Positions 19,691 to 29,372 of a stretch of DNA of 64,000 bases are shown here, piece after piece. How positions within the stretch are numbered: position 1 is the stretch's first letter; the number at the start of each line of letters is the position of its first letter. The notes under the pieces are model-generated. The model was not told the DNA's origin, did not search any database, and was given only the letters and a program-made list of their open reading frames with translations. A program made the position numbers and the translations under genes. Source of the stretch: Escherichia coli (lineage in GTDB: Bacteria; Pseudomonadota; Gammaproteobacteria; Enterobacterales; Enterobacteriaceae); the NCBI RefSeq assembly GCF_024700885.2, contig NZ_CP117016.1. One strand, 5' to 3'.

Positions 19691-22516
19691 ATGACAGTAA
19701 AAATTTCTGGCGTGCTTAAAGATGGCACAGGAAAACCAGTACAGAACTGCACCATTGTGCTGAAGGCCAGACGAACCAGCAGCACGGTGGTGGTGAACAC
19801 GGTGGCCTCTGAAAATCCGGATGAAGCCGGACGTTACAGCATGGATGTTGAGCATGGTCAGTACAGCGTCACCCTGCTGGTTGAAGGTTTTCCGCCTTCA
19901 CATGCCGGGACCATTACCGTCTATGAAGGTTCCAGACCAGGTACGCTGAATGATTTTCTCGGTGCCATGACGGAGGATGATGTCCGACCGGAGGCACTGC
20001 GCCGCTTTGAGCAGATGGTGGAAGAGGTGTCACGTAACGCCTCCGCGGTTGCACAGAATACGGCAGCCGCGAAAAAATCAGCCAGCGATGCCAGTGCATC
20101 AGCCAGCGAGGCGGCAACTCATGCAACCGATGCTGCAGCCTCAGCACGTGCCGCCAGCACGTCAGCCGGACAGGCCGCGTCGTCGGCTCAGTCAGCGTCT
20201 TCCAGCGCAGGAACGGCATCGACAAAGGCCCGTGAAGCAGCAAAAAGTGCTGCTGCTGCAGAGTCATCAAAAAGCGCGGCAGCTACCAGCGCCAGTGCCG
20301 CGAAAACGTCAGAAACGAATGCCGCAGCATCACAAAAATCGGCAGCCACTTCTGCATCCACAGCGACCACGAAGGCGTCAGAAGCTGCCACCTCGGCACG
20401 GGGTGCGGCGGCCTCAAAAGAGGCAGCGAAATCATCAGAAACGAACGCATCATCAAGCGCCAGTAGTGCCGCTTCCTCGGCAACGGCGGCAGGCAATTCC
20501 GCGAAGGCGGCAAAGACGTCTGAGACAAACGCCAGGTCTTCTGAAACGGCAGCGGGACAGAGCGCCTCGGCTGCGGCAGGCTCAAAAACAGCGGCTGCGT
20601 CGTCTGCCAGTGCCGCGTCAACAAGTGCCGGGCAGGCCTCAGCCAGTGCCACCGCCGCCGGAAAATCGGCAGAAAGCGCCGCATCATCCGCTTCAACAGC
20701 CACAACGAAGGCTGGCAAAGCCACTGAGCAAGCCACTGCAGCAGCGAGGTCTGCTTCTGCAGCAAAAACCTCTGAAACAAATGCAAAGACTTCAGCAGAC
20801 AATGCTGCTTCCTCTAAGGCGGCAGCCGCATCGTCAGCCAGTTCAGCGGCGTCATCGGCATCATCTGCGTCTGCTTCAAAAGATGAGGCGACCAGACAAG
20901 CGTCAGCAGCGAAAGGTAGTGCCACGACAGCAACAATGAAAGCATCAGAGGCAGCTGGTAGTGTGACGGCGGCAGCTCAGAGCAAAAGTACGGCGGAATC
21001 CGCGGCAACGCGCGCCGAGACAGCAGCAAAACGGGCAGAGGATATTGCATCCGCCGTGGCGCTGGAGGATGCGAGCACGACGAAAAAGGGGATAGTACAG
21101 CTCAGCAGTGCGACCAACAGCACTTCCGAGTCACTGGCGGCAACGCCAAAAGCGGTTAAGGCGGTAATGGGTGAAACGAACAAGAAAGCGCCCTTAAATA
21201 GTCCTGCACTGACCGGAACGCCAACAACACCAACTGCGCGACAGGGAACGAATAATACCCAAATCGCAAGCACGGCTTATGTTATGGCTGCGATCGCTGC
21301 CCTCGTGGACTCGTCGCCTGACGCACTGAATACGCTGAACGAGCTGGCTGCGGCGTTGGGCAACGACCCGAATTTTGCGACCACCATGACTAACGCGCTT
21401 GCGGGTAAGCAACCGAAAGATGCCACCCTGACGGCGCTGGCCGGGCTTGCTACTGCGGCAGACAGGTTTCCGTATTTTACGGGGAATGATGTTGCCAGTC
21501 TGGCAACCCTGACAAAAGTTGGGCGGGATATTCTTGCGAAATCGACCGTTGCCGCCGTTATCGAATACCTCGGTTTACGAGAACTCGGCACAAGCGGGGA
21601 GAAAATACCGTTACTCAGTACAGCGAATACCTGGACTAATCGACAAACATTCAGCGGTGGCCTTTCTGGTGAACTATCCGGCAATGCTTCTACAGCTGCA
21701 AAATTAAAAACTGCCAGGAAAATAAGCAATGTGGCTTTTGATGGTTCCTCCGATATCACATTAAAAGCAAGTCATGTTGGTGCGTTTGCCTTAGGGAAAA
21801 CAGGAAGCACCGTTGCGAATGATAAAGCAGTTGGATGGAACTGGAGTAGCGGAGCCTATAACGCAACTATTAGTGGTGCATCAACGTTAATTATTCATTT
21901 TTATATGGGAGAAGGAAGTTGTCCTGCAGCTCAGTTTCGGATTAATTATAAAAATGGCGGTGTTTTTTATCGTTCAGCCCGTGATGGTTATGGTTTTGAA
22001 GCCGACTGGTCCGAATTTTACACCACCACCAGAAAACCTTCAGCAGGAGATGTTGGTGCACTGCCGTTATCTGGTGGTCAACTGAATGGTACACTGGGTA
22101 TCGGAACATCCAGTGCTCTTGGCGGTAATTCGATTGTATTGGGTGATAATGACACGGGCTTTAAACAAAATGGCGATGGTAATCTGGATGTTTATGCTAA
22201 TAACGTCCATGTTATGCGCTTTGTCTCCGGAAGCATTCAAAGTAATAAAACCATAAATATTACAGGGCGTGTTAACCCCTCGGATTACGGTAACTTTGAT
22301 TCCCGTTATGTGAAAGATGTTCGACTTGGTTCACAGCAATATTATGGAGTGAACAACTGGCAAACATGGTATTTCCGGTGCCCTTCAGGTCATGTATTGT
22401 CTGGTATTAATGTTCAGGATACAGGGTCTAACTCTGCCGATAATATAGCGGGCGTTTATTACAGACCCGTTCAGAAGTATATAAATGGCACCTGGTATAA
22501 TGTAGCGAGCGTTTAA
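19691..22516 (+). CDS. stf: Side tail fibre protein Stf (constant N-terminal part plus current variable C-terminal part)
   Basis: N-terminus [28 protein letters not shown]...[20 protein letters not shown] closely resembles lambda Stf; long Ala/Ser/Thr-rich region; the left crossover site lies inside the gene. Confidence 0.9.
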   Translation: MTVKISGVLKDGTGKPVQNCTIVLKARRTSSTVVVNTVASENPDEAGRYSMDVEHGQYSVTLLVEGFPPSHAGTITVYEGSRPGTLNDFLGAMTEDDVRPEALRRFEQMVEEVSRNASAVAQNTAAAKKSASDASASASEAATHATDAAASARAASTSAGQAASSAQSASSSAGTASTKAREAAKSAAAAESSKSAAATSASAAKTSETNAAASQKSAATSASTATTKASEAATSARGAAASKEAAKSSETNASSSASSAASSATAAGNSAKAAKTSETNARSSETAAGQSASAAAGSKTAAASSASAASTSAGQASASATAAGKSAESAASSASTATTKAGKATEQATAAARSASAAKTSETNAKTSADNAASSKAAAASSASSAASSASSASASKDEATRQASAAKGSATTATMKASEAAGSVTAAAQSKSTAESAATRAETAAKRAEDIASAVALEDASTTKKGIVQLSSATNSTSESLAATPKAVKAVMGETNKKAPLNSPALTGTPTTPTARQGTNNTQIASTAYVMAAIAALVDSSPDALNTLNELAAALGNDPNFATTMTNALAGKQPKDATLTALAGLATAADRFPYFTGNDVASLATLTKVGRDILAKSTVAAVIEYLGLRELGTSGEKIPLLSTANTWTNRQTFSGGLSGELSGNASTAAKLKTARKISNVAFDGSSDITLKASHVGAFALGKTGSTVANDKAVGWNWSSGAYNATISGASTLIIHFYMGEGSCPAAQFRINYKNGGVFYRSARDGYGFEADWSEFYTTTRKPSAGDVGALPLSGGQLNGTLGIGTSSALGGNSIVLGDNDTGFKQNGDGNLDVYANNVHVMRFVSGSIQSNKTINITGRVNPSDYGNFDSRYVKDVRLGSQQYYGVNNWQTWYFRCPSGHVLSGINVQDTGSNSADNIAGVYYRPVQKYINGTWYNVASV
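21558..21583 (+). promoter_or_regulatory. Left recombination crossover site (gix/pix-like 26-mer) for a Gin/Pin-family invertase
   Basis: TTATCGAATACCTCGGTTTACGAGAA; 22 of 26 positions match the reverse complement of the right site; the inverted-repeat similarity extends to about 40 bp. Confidence 0.7.
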
Positions 22517-22517
22517 T

Positions 22518-23051
22518 ATGATGCACTTAAAGAACATAAAAGCGGGTAATGCTAAAACACTGGAACAGTATGAGTTAACAAAGAAACACGGAGTTATCTG
22601 GCTTTACTCTGAGGACGAAAAAAACTGGTATGAGGAAGTGAAAAACTTTCAGCCAGACACCATAAAGATTGTTTACGATGAAAATAATATTATTGTTGCC
22701 ATAACCAAAGATGCCTCCACACTTAACCCTGAAGGTTATAGCGTCGTTGAGATTCCTGATATTACCGCCAACCGGCGTGCTGACGACTCAGGTAAATGGA
22801 TGTTTAAAGATGGCGCAGTCATTAAACGTGTATATACCGAAGAAGAGTTGCGCCTACAGACGGAAAACCAGAAAAAAATATTATTACAGCAGGCCAGAGA
22901 AAAAACGCAGTTCTGGCAAACACAGCTTACTTTGGGGATTATCACTGATTCAGACAGACAGCAACTGATGAACTGGATGCGATACGTGCAAAAGGTTGAG
23001 ACAACTGATACCTCGGTTCTTCCTGTAACATTCCCGGAACCACCAGAATAA
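22518..23051 (+). CDS. tfa: Tail fibre assembly protein Tfa (current orientation)
   Basis: 177-aa ORF starting 1 nt after the stf stop; Tfa-like sequence. Confidence 0.85.
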   Translation: MMHLKNIKAGNAKTLEQYELTKKHGVIWLYSEDEKNWYEEVKNFQPDTIKIVYDENNIIVAITKDASTLNPEGYSVVEIPDITANRRADDSGKWMFKDGAVIKRVYTEEELRLQTENQKKILLQQAREKTQFWQTQLTLGIITDSDRQQLMNWMRYVQKVETTDTSVLPVTFPEPPE

Positions 23052-23081
23052 GAAAAGGCCCGTACGGGCCTTAATTTGTTG

Positions 23082-23609
23082 TTATTCTGGTTTCTGTGGC
23101 CATTCAGGCTTTGCAGTATCCACACGGCTGACCATAACGCTGTAGCGTTCCCATGATTCCAGTCGTGTGCGTTCCTCATCAGTTGCCATATTCAGTCTGA
23201 CAGCACGTTCCAGCGGTTGAATCACAGACTCCGCTTCGGAAAGCAAAGCGGCTTTTTGTAACTCTGCCTGCTGTTGCAGTTCCTGTTTTGTATATTCCCG
23301 CTTTACTACTTTACCATCCAGAAACTTCCAGTTTCCCGAGATATCGGCGCGACGGTTGGCTGTTATATTCGGTAACTCAACAACACTTAACCCGTCAGGG
23401 TTAAGTGTTGATACGTCTTTCTCAATACAACGAATAATCCCCTTCTGGTCATAAGCTATTTTTAAAGTATCATCCTGAAAGTTTTTTAATTCGTCATACC
23501 AGTTTTTACCGTCTTCTGTATATAGCCAGATAACGCCAGCTTTTTTCGTAAGCTGATACTGCTCAATGGTTTTGGGGTTTCCGGCGGTAATATTTTTCAG
23601 ATGTTGCAT
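23082..23609 (-). CDS. Alternative tail fibre assembly protein (Tfa') in the invertible segment
   Basis: 175-aa ORF convergent with tfa and paralogous to it ([30 protein letters not shown] vs [30 protein letters not shown]); a shared hairpin aaggcccgtacgggcctt lies between them. Confidence 0.8.
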   Translation of the reverse strand: MQHLKNITAGNPKTIEQYQLTKKAGVIWLYTEDGKNWYDELKNFQDDTLKIAYDQKGIIRCIEKDVSTLNPDGLSVVELPNITANRRADISGNWKFLDGKVVKREYTKQELQQQAELQKAALLSEAESVIQPLERAVRLNMATDEERTRLESWERYSVMVSRVDTAKPEWPQKPE

Positions 23610-23624
23610 ATATTCTCCTGATGG

Positions 23625-24593
23625 CTATGCCTGTTCAACGTTATACCAGTTACCAGAAATGTATTTTTGTAGTGGTCGTGACACCATCCAGTCATCTCCA
23701 TCAACCTCACCAATAATTTGCAATCCTGTTGTCACATGACCATTACCTGGTTCGCAAAGTCCTCCGCGATATAATGTGTCAGAACGTCTGCCTCCCAGAC
23801 GCACATTTCTGATAAAAGAACTATTCAGGTAATCATTTAAGTTTGAACCCCAGCACCCACCAAATATATTTCCATCGGTGTTATAACGGACGCCACCCGC
23901 AATAAGAGCACCCGGTGAAATAAAGGATTTATCGTTCGGGTTAAACTGCCATAAAGCATCATTACCGCCATCGCCACGCATATGAATACATGGAACCGGA
24001 AATCCATACTGTTCTGTCAGTAAATACCCAAAGCTGACCGCGCCGGGATAGCCCTGTCCATTGCGAATGGACAAGCCCTTAACTATCGGCACGTAATGAC
24101 CACCAGGAGTGGGATTCCAGGCAAACTGCGTCTGAACAAAAGGCGCGGTGGCATTATTCAACTGGTCTGCAAATGCGCCACTTCCATCAGGAATTATTCC
24201 CTGATGAATATATGCAACCCGCTTATAAAAATCAGCAGATGCGGGTTGAAGTCCAAATGCCAGTTGTCCATTTGAATAGAATAAAAGGACACCGTCGCCG
24301 CCCTGTTTAATACCAGTGTCGTTATCTCCGAGAGTAATGGAATTACCGCCCAGTGCGTTATCTGTACCAAGCGCCAGCCCACCATCAATTTTGGCCCCGT
24401 GGCTGACAGATATAGCACCTGTTCTCAGATTTATAGCGAATGGCCTTAATGGGCCTATATCACCGTTTTCGCCTTGTCCTTCAGCCGTCGGAATGAAATG
24501 AAGAAAATCTTCTGAACGACGGAAAATAAGACCGAAGGCATCATTGAAAATTCGCAGCGCATTCACCGTGCCAATTTTCAGTTCTCCGGTCAT
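23625..24593 (-). CDS. Alternative Stf C-terminal (receptor-binding) cassette, silent in this orientation
   Basis: 322-aa minus-strand ORF whose C-terminus (LQKYISGNWYNVEQA) parallels the current Stf C-terminus ([15 protein letters not shown]); reads in frame into the right crossover site. Confidence 0.75.
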   Translation of the reverse strand: MTGELKIGTVNALRIFNDAFGLIFRRSEDFLHFIPTAEGQGENGDIGPLRPFAINLRTGAISVSHGAKIDGGLALGTDNALGGNSITLGDNDTGIKQGGDGVLLFYSNGQLAFGLQPASADFYKRVAYIHQGIIPDGSGAFADQLNNATAPFVQTQFAWNPTPGGHYVPIVKGLSIRNGQGYPGAVSFGYLLTEQYGFPVPCIHMRGDGGNDALWQFNPNDKSFISPGALIAGGVRYNTDGNIFGGCWGSNLNDYLNSSFIRNVRLGGRRSDTLYRGGLCEPGNGHVTTGLQIIGEVDGDDWMVSRPLQKYISGNWYNVEQA

Positions 24594-24638
24594 TTTATCG
24601 CCGGAACGCTGAACGGCGTTACCAGCCTTGTTTACCGT

Positions 24639-24664
24639 TTCCTGTAAACCGAGGTTTTAGATAA
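24639..24664 (+). promoter_or_regulatory. Right recombination crossover site (gix/pix-like)
   Basis: TTCCTGTAAACCGAGGTTTTAGATAA, one base off the Gin/Pin/Cin crossover-site consensus as I remember it; the invertase remnant lies immediately downstream. Confidence 0.8.
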
Positions 24665-24718
24665 TGGCGGTTTCTGGCCTGTATGGCATGATTTGTGCTT
24701 TTGGACGGGAGATTCAGC

Positions 24719-24901
24719 GTGCTGATTGGCTATGTAAGGGTATCAACAAATGACCAGAATACAGATCTGCAACGAAACGCTCTTGTTTGTGCAGGATATG
24801 AACAAATATTTGAAGATAAATTAAGCGGAACAAGGACAGGCCGACCTGGATTAAAACGTGCTTTAAAGCGCCTTCAAAAAGGTGACGCACTGGTTGTCTG
24901 A
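24719..24901 (+). pseudogene. Truncated serine DNA invertase (Pin/Gin/Hin family), N-terminal about 60 codons only
   Basis: GTG-LIGYVRVSTNDQNTDLQRNALVCAGYEQIFEDKLSGTRTGRPGLKRALKRLQKGDALVV then TGA where family members continue WKLDRLGR; a second in-frame stop follows and similarity is then lost. Confidence 0.85.
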
Positions 24902-24951
24902 AAACTGGACTGACTGGTTCACTGTATGCGGCATCTTGTCGTGCTGGTGGT

Positions 24952-25094
24952 GGAAGCCTGGAAAAAGTATCGGGTGTTGCTGAACCGTGTTGATACATCA
25001 ACTGCACCTGATATTGAGTGGCCTACGAACCCTGTCAGGGAGTAATCATTGGGATTATGCCGCAGCACGTCTTAAGCAAGAACGTGCTGCGGTT
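24952..25094 (+). repeat. Direct repeat copy A: 3' end of a tfa-like gene plus terminator hairpin
   Basis: About 143 bp, roughly 88% identical by eye to 26001..26144; encodes ...[28 protein letters not shown] followed by hairpin ccgcagcacgt...acgtgctgcgg. Confidence 0.85.
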
Positions 25095-25099
25095 GGATG

Positions 25100-25768
25100 C
25101 TATTTTTTCCCTGAAGCGGAAAACATTACTACAGTACCTTGAACCTTGGTTTTAACATTCTCGAAATGCTCTGAGAGTATATGTGTTAAGCCTTCTTCGG
25201 AATCTTTTGTGTTTGAAAAGATGCCTTTCTGATTGTAAATGCGCATCAGTTTTTGACCGAAGCTATTGTGCACAACTCCATCGCCAAGAATTGTGGCTCC
25301 GTATAGAGTTCCATCGTCAGTTAAGGCCTGCGCCGCATTGCGTATTACACAGCTTTTTGTAGATATATTTCCAGGCAGGCAGTGAAGAAGGTAAAACATG
25401 GAAATGGAATCAAATTGACCATGTAACGCCGCGGGATAAGGTTCAAAAACATCATGGCTAATTTTATGTTTAATTTTTGATTCCCCAGCCCTTGTAGATG
25501 CCGCGTTCAGGCTAGCTTCGTTCAAATCCATTAAAGATATCAGACTACTCTCAGGTACGTGAGTAAGGTAAAACCCAGTTCCAACACCAATATCCAGATG
25601 GTTGTTACCTACATGTTCCAGAAAGTGTGGAAGAAGGTGTTCCTTTGTAGGACATCCCCATGCAAGCCGATTTGATACTCCCAAAACCCACCAGTCATAA
25701 AGCTTTAGGGTAAGTGGTGTGTAAATTTTAGCCCCATCATCTGTGTTTTTTTTCATTGATTTCACCAT
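25100..25768 (-). CDS. Class I SAM-dependent methyltransferase (substrate unknown); prophage cargo gene
   Basis: 222-aa ORF with Rossmann SAM-binding motif LDIGVGTGFYL; no DPPY/NPPY or PC-type DNA-methyltransferase motifs seen; appears AT-richer than its surroundings; flanked by the direct repeats. Confidence 0.7.
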   Translation of the reverse strand: MVKSMKKNTDDGAKIYTPLTLKLYDWWVLGVSNRLAWGCPTKEHLLPHFLEHVGNNHLDIGVGTGFYLTHVPESSLISLMDLNEASLNAASTRAGESKIKHKISHDVFEPYPAALHGQFDSISMFYLLHCLPGNISTKSCVIRNAAQALTDDGTLYGATILGDGVVHNSFGQKLMRIYNQKGIFSNTKDSEEGLTHILSEHFENVKTKVQGTVVMFSASGKK

Positions 25769-25824
25769 GTTATAGTTTTATTTGTGAATTAAATCAATTA
25801 TGGCGATGAATTACAAGGGGTTAA

Positions 25825-26094
25825 ATGCTGCCGCAGCATAGCGATATTGAAATAGCCTGGTATGCTTCGATACAGCAGGAGCCGAATGGCTGGAAGACCG
25901 TCACCACACAGTTCTACATCCAGGAATTCAGTGAGTATATTGCGCCACTGCAGGATGCTGTAGATCTGGAAATCGCAACGGAGGAAGAAAGATCGTTGCT
26001 GGAGGCATGGAATAAATATCGGGTATTGTTGAATCGTGTTGTTACATCAACTGCACCTGATATTGAGTGGCCTGCAAATCCTGTCAGGGAGTAA
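25825..26094 (+). CDS. Tfa C-terminal-domain-like small protein (89 aa); likely remnant
   Basis: C-terminus [50 protein letters not shown] is the Tfa C-terminal signature; the N-terminus is unrelated. Confidence 0.5.
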   Translation: MLPQHSDIEIAWYASIQQEPNGWKTVTTQFYIQEFSEYIAPLQDAVDLEIATEEERSLLEAWNKYRVLLNRVVTSTAPDIEWPANPVRE

Positions 26095-26144
26095 TCATTG
26101 GGATTATGCCGCAGACACGTCGTATGCAGGAACGTGCTGCGGTT
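26001..26144 (+). repeat. Direct repeat copy B (see 24952..25094)
   Basis: Same tfa 3' end plus hairpin, diverged. Confidence 0.85.
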
Positions 26145-26208
26145 AGTTTGTGAGCTTTCGATAGTGGTTGTTATTTTTGCCCTTATTTGTTCCGGAGGCC
26201 ATGGTTCA

Positions 26209-26379
26209 ATGGTCCGTCTGCCCCCTGTGGTGATGTCAGCAAAATCAGCCACTGCGCGAACCACAATAGCCCGGGAAGATGCTGAAGATCACCAGGTAAA
26301 GCTATCAGCGCAGAAACTGGAAGAACTGCTCGCATCAATGGTTAAGGATGAGGTTGATCGCAATGATGGGATTTATTGA
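26209..26379 (+). CDS. Hypothetical small protein; may be a decayed gene fragment
   Basis: ORF only (MVRLPPVVMSAKSATARTTIAREDAEDHQVKLSAQKLEELLASMVKDEVDRNDGIY); coiled-coil-like reading continues in another frame after the stop. Confidence 0.15.
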   Translation: MVRLPPVVMSAKSATARTTIAREDAEDHQVKLSAQKLEELLASMVKDEVDRNDGIY

Positions 26380-26691
26380 CGTCAGCGAGAGCAGAAGGAA
26401 GAACTGAATAACCTGAATGATTTACGCTCAATCAGAGCGATGATGATTGGCAGTAATTAGCGGTCAATTTCGGTTTTGTTGGCTGTGCGCTCCCCGCCCA
26501 GCATTGCGCGTCAATTAGCCCCAAAAAAACGAAAAAGTTACAATCAAGTAAAAAATTCCTTCTGCAAAACTAAAAAAGATTTCAATAAAATCAGACAGTT
26601 AAAAACATAAAAAAAAGGTACAAAAAAACATCTCAAAGTCTTGTTTTTTGCTTCAAATACAATTGGTTATTGTGTTTTTTGAAACCTACCA

Positions 26692-26808
26692 GTGTGGTAC
26701 ATGGATATCGATACCACCGCCAATTATAAACTGGGCGGTGCACAGCAACACGATAGCGTACGCCTCGATCCGTGGGTGTTTATGTTCTCAGCAGGATATC
26801 GTTTTTAA
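26692..26808 (+). pseudogene. ompW: 3' remnant of ompW (last about 38 codons) at the prophage-chromosome junction
   Basis: Translates to VWYMDIDTTANYKLGGAQQHDSVRLDPWVFMFSAGYRF*, which I recognise as the OmpW C-terminus; no upstream ompW coding sequence precedes it; in K-12 ompW is the intact neighbour of yciE. Confidence 0.8.
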
Positions 26809-26867
26809 TTCCGCACAAAAACGACCCCGTAATATACGGGGTCAATAAGGACATGGCATAAAGGGTA

Positions 26868-27374
26868 TTATTTCTTCGCTTCTACGCCATCAGTTTCAGA
26901 GCGAATTAAAAATTTCTCAGTTGTTTGCGGAATATGCTGAATCAGCCAGTCGGCCATTTCTTTTTCCTCATTTAAAATCGCTTCGATGGTTGGAATTGAA
27001 GCTGTATCACCGGCATTTTTTGCTGCTGCTAATAGTGAGGTGTAACAGGCGATTTCAAATTGCTCGAAGACATATCCGCTAATAGAGCCTTTGACTATTT
27101 CATCAGAAGGGAATATACCACCGATTGACTGCCCAAGCGCAGCCATTTTACTCATGGAATCTTTAATGACTGAACGTGAAATGTCATTACGATCAAGAAT
27201 AGTTTCCAGTTGAACAATCTGGTTTTTGGTTTCACTAAGATGTTGTTCAATACGAGCGCGTAGTTCAGGATAATTATCTATACGACTAGCCATGGATTCA
27301 AGCATAGATTCGGCTTGCTTTTCCATTGCGTGGGCGTCACGTAACCAGTCATGATAATGTTCAATACGATTCAT
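26868..27374 (-). CDS. yciE: YciE, ferritin-like stress protein
   Basis: 168-aa ORF starting MNRIEHYHDWLRDAHAMEKQAE; matches K-12 YciE; synteny with yciF and yciG. Confidence 0.93.
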   Translation of the reverse strand: MNRIEHYHDWLRDAHAMEKQAESMLESMASRIDNYPELRARIEQHLSETKNQIVQLETILDRNDISRSVIKDSMSKMAALGQSIGGIFPSDEIVKGSISGYVFEQFEIACYTSLLAAAKNAGDTASIPTIEAILNEEKEMADWLIQHIPQTTEKFLIRSETDGVEAKK

Positions 27375-27419
27375 GAAAATGTCCTCTTTATAAAATGACT
27401 AAAAGTTAAAGTTCATATT

Positions 27420-27920
27420 TCAGGCTTTATTTTCGGCTTTCTTATTTACGTTATTAAGTGCCAGATCAGTCAGTTTGATGTCGGTGGCCTTTTCTTCTTC
27501 AAGAGTTTCTTTCAGAAGTTTCGCTGCTTTACGGTAACCTAATTGTTCAGCCAGCGTCGCTAAGATCCCGTAACTGGCGATCTCATAGTGCTCGACTTTC
27601 TGTGCAGCGGCAATCAGTGCGGCATCACGTACTTCGTTTTTCAAGGTACTTTCGATGACCTCATTAGCTTCTTCAATGAGACCTTCCATTGCCACACATT
27701 TCATGCGCTTAATTTTCAGATTCGATTCAGATTCCACAACTTGATCAATACGTTCAATCTGTCCATGTGTTTCCTCGAGGTGCGCATGAAAAGCCTGACT
27801 TAATTTTTCGTTTGATGTTGCTCTTGCGAGTTTTGCCAGTGCCCGGGTTAATTGTTTTTCTGCGCTGTAGGTATCTGAAAGCAGGTGAATAAAGACATCT
27901 TCAATGGTCTTCATATTCAT
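27420..27920 (-). CDS. yciF: YciF, ferritin-like stress protein
   Basis: Starts MNMKTIEDVFIHLLSDTYSAEKQL, 166 aa; the longer ORF-track start is rejected. Confidence 0.93.
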   Translation of the reverse strand: MNMKTIEDVFIHLLSDTYSAEKQLTRALAKLARATSNEKLSQAFHAHLEETHGQIERIDQVVESESNLKIKRMKCVAMEGLIEEANEVIESTLKNEVRDAALIAAAQKVEHYEIASYGILATLAEQLGYRKAAKLLKETLEEEKATDIKLTDLALNNVNKKAENKA

Positions 27921-28005
27921 ATTTTTCTCCAGTGAAATCACTGCGAGCCATACGGCCCGCAGATGCAATTATCTTTATCAACTGATATTAATAATTAACG
28001 GTGAA

Positions 28006-28185
28006 TCAGGATTTTCCTGATTTATTACCACCGCTTTGTTGACCGCCTTTTTTACCCGCTTCAGATGCGCGTTGCGGATCATTTTTAAAATTACCGCCGC
28101 TATGCTGACCGCCTTTACGGCCAGCGTCGGATGCCTTTTCACGGTCTTCGGCGAAATTTCCTGAACCACCACGATGTTCGGCCAT
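28006..28185 (-). CDS. yciG: YciG, small Gly-rich stress protein
   Basis: MAEHRGGSGNFAEDREKASDAGRKGGQHSGG... 59 aa. Confidence 0.9.
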   Translation of the reverse strand: MAEHRGGSGNFAEDREKASDAGRKGGQHSGGNFKNDPQRASEAGKKGGQQSGGNKSGKS

Positions 28186-28565
28186 GTTATTTCTCCCGTT
28201 GCGTTGCATTGTTTCATTAATATGAGTGTTGTGTGTCGACACTCATTAAAATTAGTCGCTAATGAAAATTAGTCAAATTAAGCGCAACGAGAAGAAAGAG
28301 GGAAAATATATTATGAGGAACATTCTGGATATATTAACAATTGCCTGAGGAATAAGTGACTTAGAGAAAATTATTGATTTTACTGGTGTTATGTTGCGGG
28401 ATTAATTTGTTTGATTATATTACTGTTGGGCGGAAAAAAGACGTAAGTTGACTTTCGACAGGGGTAAGCGAAACGGTAAAAAGATAAATAATAAATGAAT
28501 TTAGGATTTTTCCAGCTTCGTTAAAGAAAGTTAAAATGCCGCCAGCGGAACTGGCGGCTGTGGGA

Positions 28566-29372
28566 TTAACTGCGCGTCGCCGCTTTCATCGGTTGTACAA
28601 AAGCTTTCAGTGCCGCCAGCATTTTCTCTGGCTCATTAATATGTTGCTCGATGATTTTAACGATGGCCGAACCAGAAATCGCGCCCGCAGCTCCTGCATC
28701 AATCGCTGCTTTTACCTGATCCGGGGCGGAAATACCAAAGCCCTGCAATGGAGGCGCAGCATTGTATTCTTTCAGCTTCGTGACCAGATGATTGAGGGGT
28801 AACGCGGCGCGGTTTTCTGCGCCGGTCACGCCCGCACGTGACAATAAATAGGTGTATCCACGACCGTAGGAGGCTATCTGGCGCAGCAAATCATCGTCGG
28901 CATTCGGCGGGCAAATAAAGATAGGTGCGACATTATGACGCAACGCGGCCTGGCGGAAGGGAGCGGACTCTTCCACTGGCACATCGGCAACCAGCACCGA
29001 ATCGACGCCGACTTTCTCGCACTGGGCATAAAACTCATCAATGCCTTTGTTAAACACCAGGTTGGCATACATCAAAAGGCCGATGGGAATGGTCGGGTGC
29101 TTCTGGCGAATCAGTGCCAGCATCTCAAAGCACTGTGCCGGGGTCACACCTGCCGCAAAGGCACGCAGTGTGGCGTTTTGAATCGTCGGGCCATCCGCCA
29201 GTGGGTCGGAGAAGGGGATACCTAACTCCAGCGCGTCAGCACCGGCTTCAATTAGCGTGTCGATAATTTTCAGCGACTGCTCAATGCCCGGATCACCGAG
29301 CGTGACGAAAGGAACGAATGCGCCTTCTTTGCGCTCCTTCAACTGGGCAAACAGAGATTCGTAGCGTTCCAT
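28566..29372 (-). CDS. trpA: Tryptophan synthase alpha subunit
   Basis: 268 aa, [28 protein letters not shown]; start overlaps the trpB stop. Confidence 0.97.
   Translation of the reverse strand: MERYESLFAQLKERKEGAFVPFVTLGDPGIEQSLKIIDTLIEAGADALELGIPFSDPLADGPTIQNATLRAFAAGVTPAQCFEMLALIRQKHPTIPIGLLMYANLVFNKGIDEFYAQCEKVGVDSVLVADVPVEESAPFRQAALRHNVAPIFICPPNADDDLLRQIASYGRGYTYLLSRAGVTGAENRAALPLNHLVTKLKEYNAAPPLQGFGISAPDQVKAAIDAGAAGAISGSAIVKIIEQHINEPEKMLAALKAFVQPMKAATRS

Larger units (their letters stand above)
1..26691. mobile_element. Lambdoid prophage, right arm (head, tail, tail-fibre and cargo genes); left boundary lies outside the window, right boundary inside the ompW 3' end
   Basis: Contiguous same-strand block of phage structural genes in lambda tail order, followed by an invertible fibre segment and invertase remnant, ending where the ompW C-terminal coding sequence begins (about 26692). 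Confidence 0.85.

Noticed and set aside
20188-20925. Long minus-strand ORFs (245, 167 and 118 aa) and an alternative plus-frame 320-aa ORF (19977..20939) overlapping the stf gene
   Set aside because: They lie within the Ala/Ser/Thr-rich repetitive region of Stf, where GC-rich repetitive codons keep several frames open; their translations are low-complexity (poly-Ala/Asp or Pro/Arg/Gln-rich) and Stf is the recognisable product.
25100-25768. Possibility that the methyltransferase is one half of a restriction-modification or other defence pair
   Set aside because: No DPPY/NPPY or PC-type DNA-methyltransferase motifs were seen and there is no adjacent nuclease, helicase or ATPase partner ORF; its neighbours are repeat copies and fragments. 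Kept only as a cargo gene of unknown substrate.
26648-26848. 66-aa ORF-track ORF spanning the prophage-ompW junction
   Set aside because: It is out of frame with the clearly recognisable OmpW C-terminal coding sequence occupying the same bases and starts at a TTG with no RBS.
27920-28242. Longer N-terminally extended versions of yciF, yciG, ribA, pyrF, yciO, yciZ, yciW and topA given by the ORF track
   Set aside because: The extensions precede the known start codons of the K-12 proteins, and the internal starts reproduce the protein N-termini I recognise; the shorter coordinates are reported instead.
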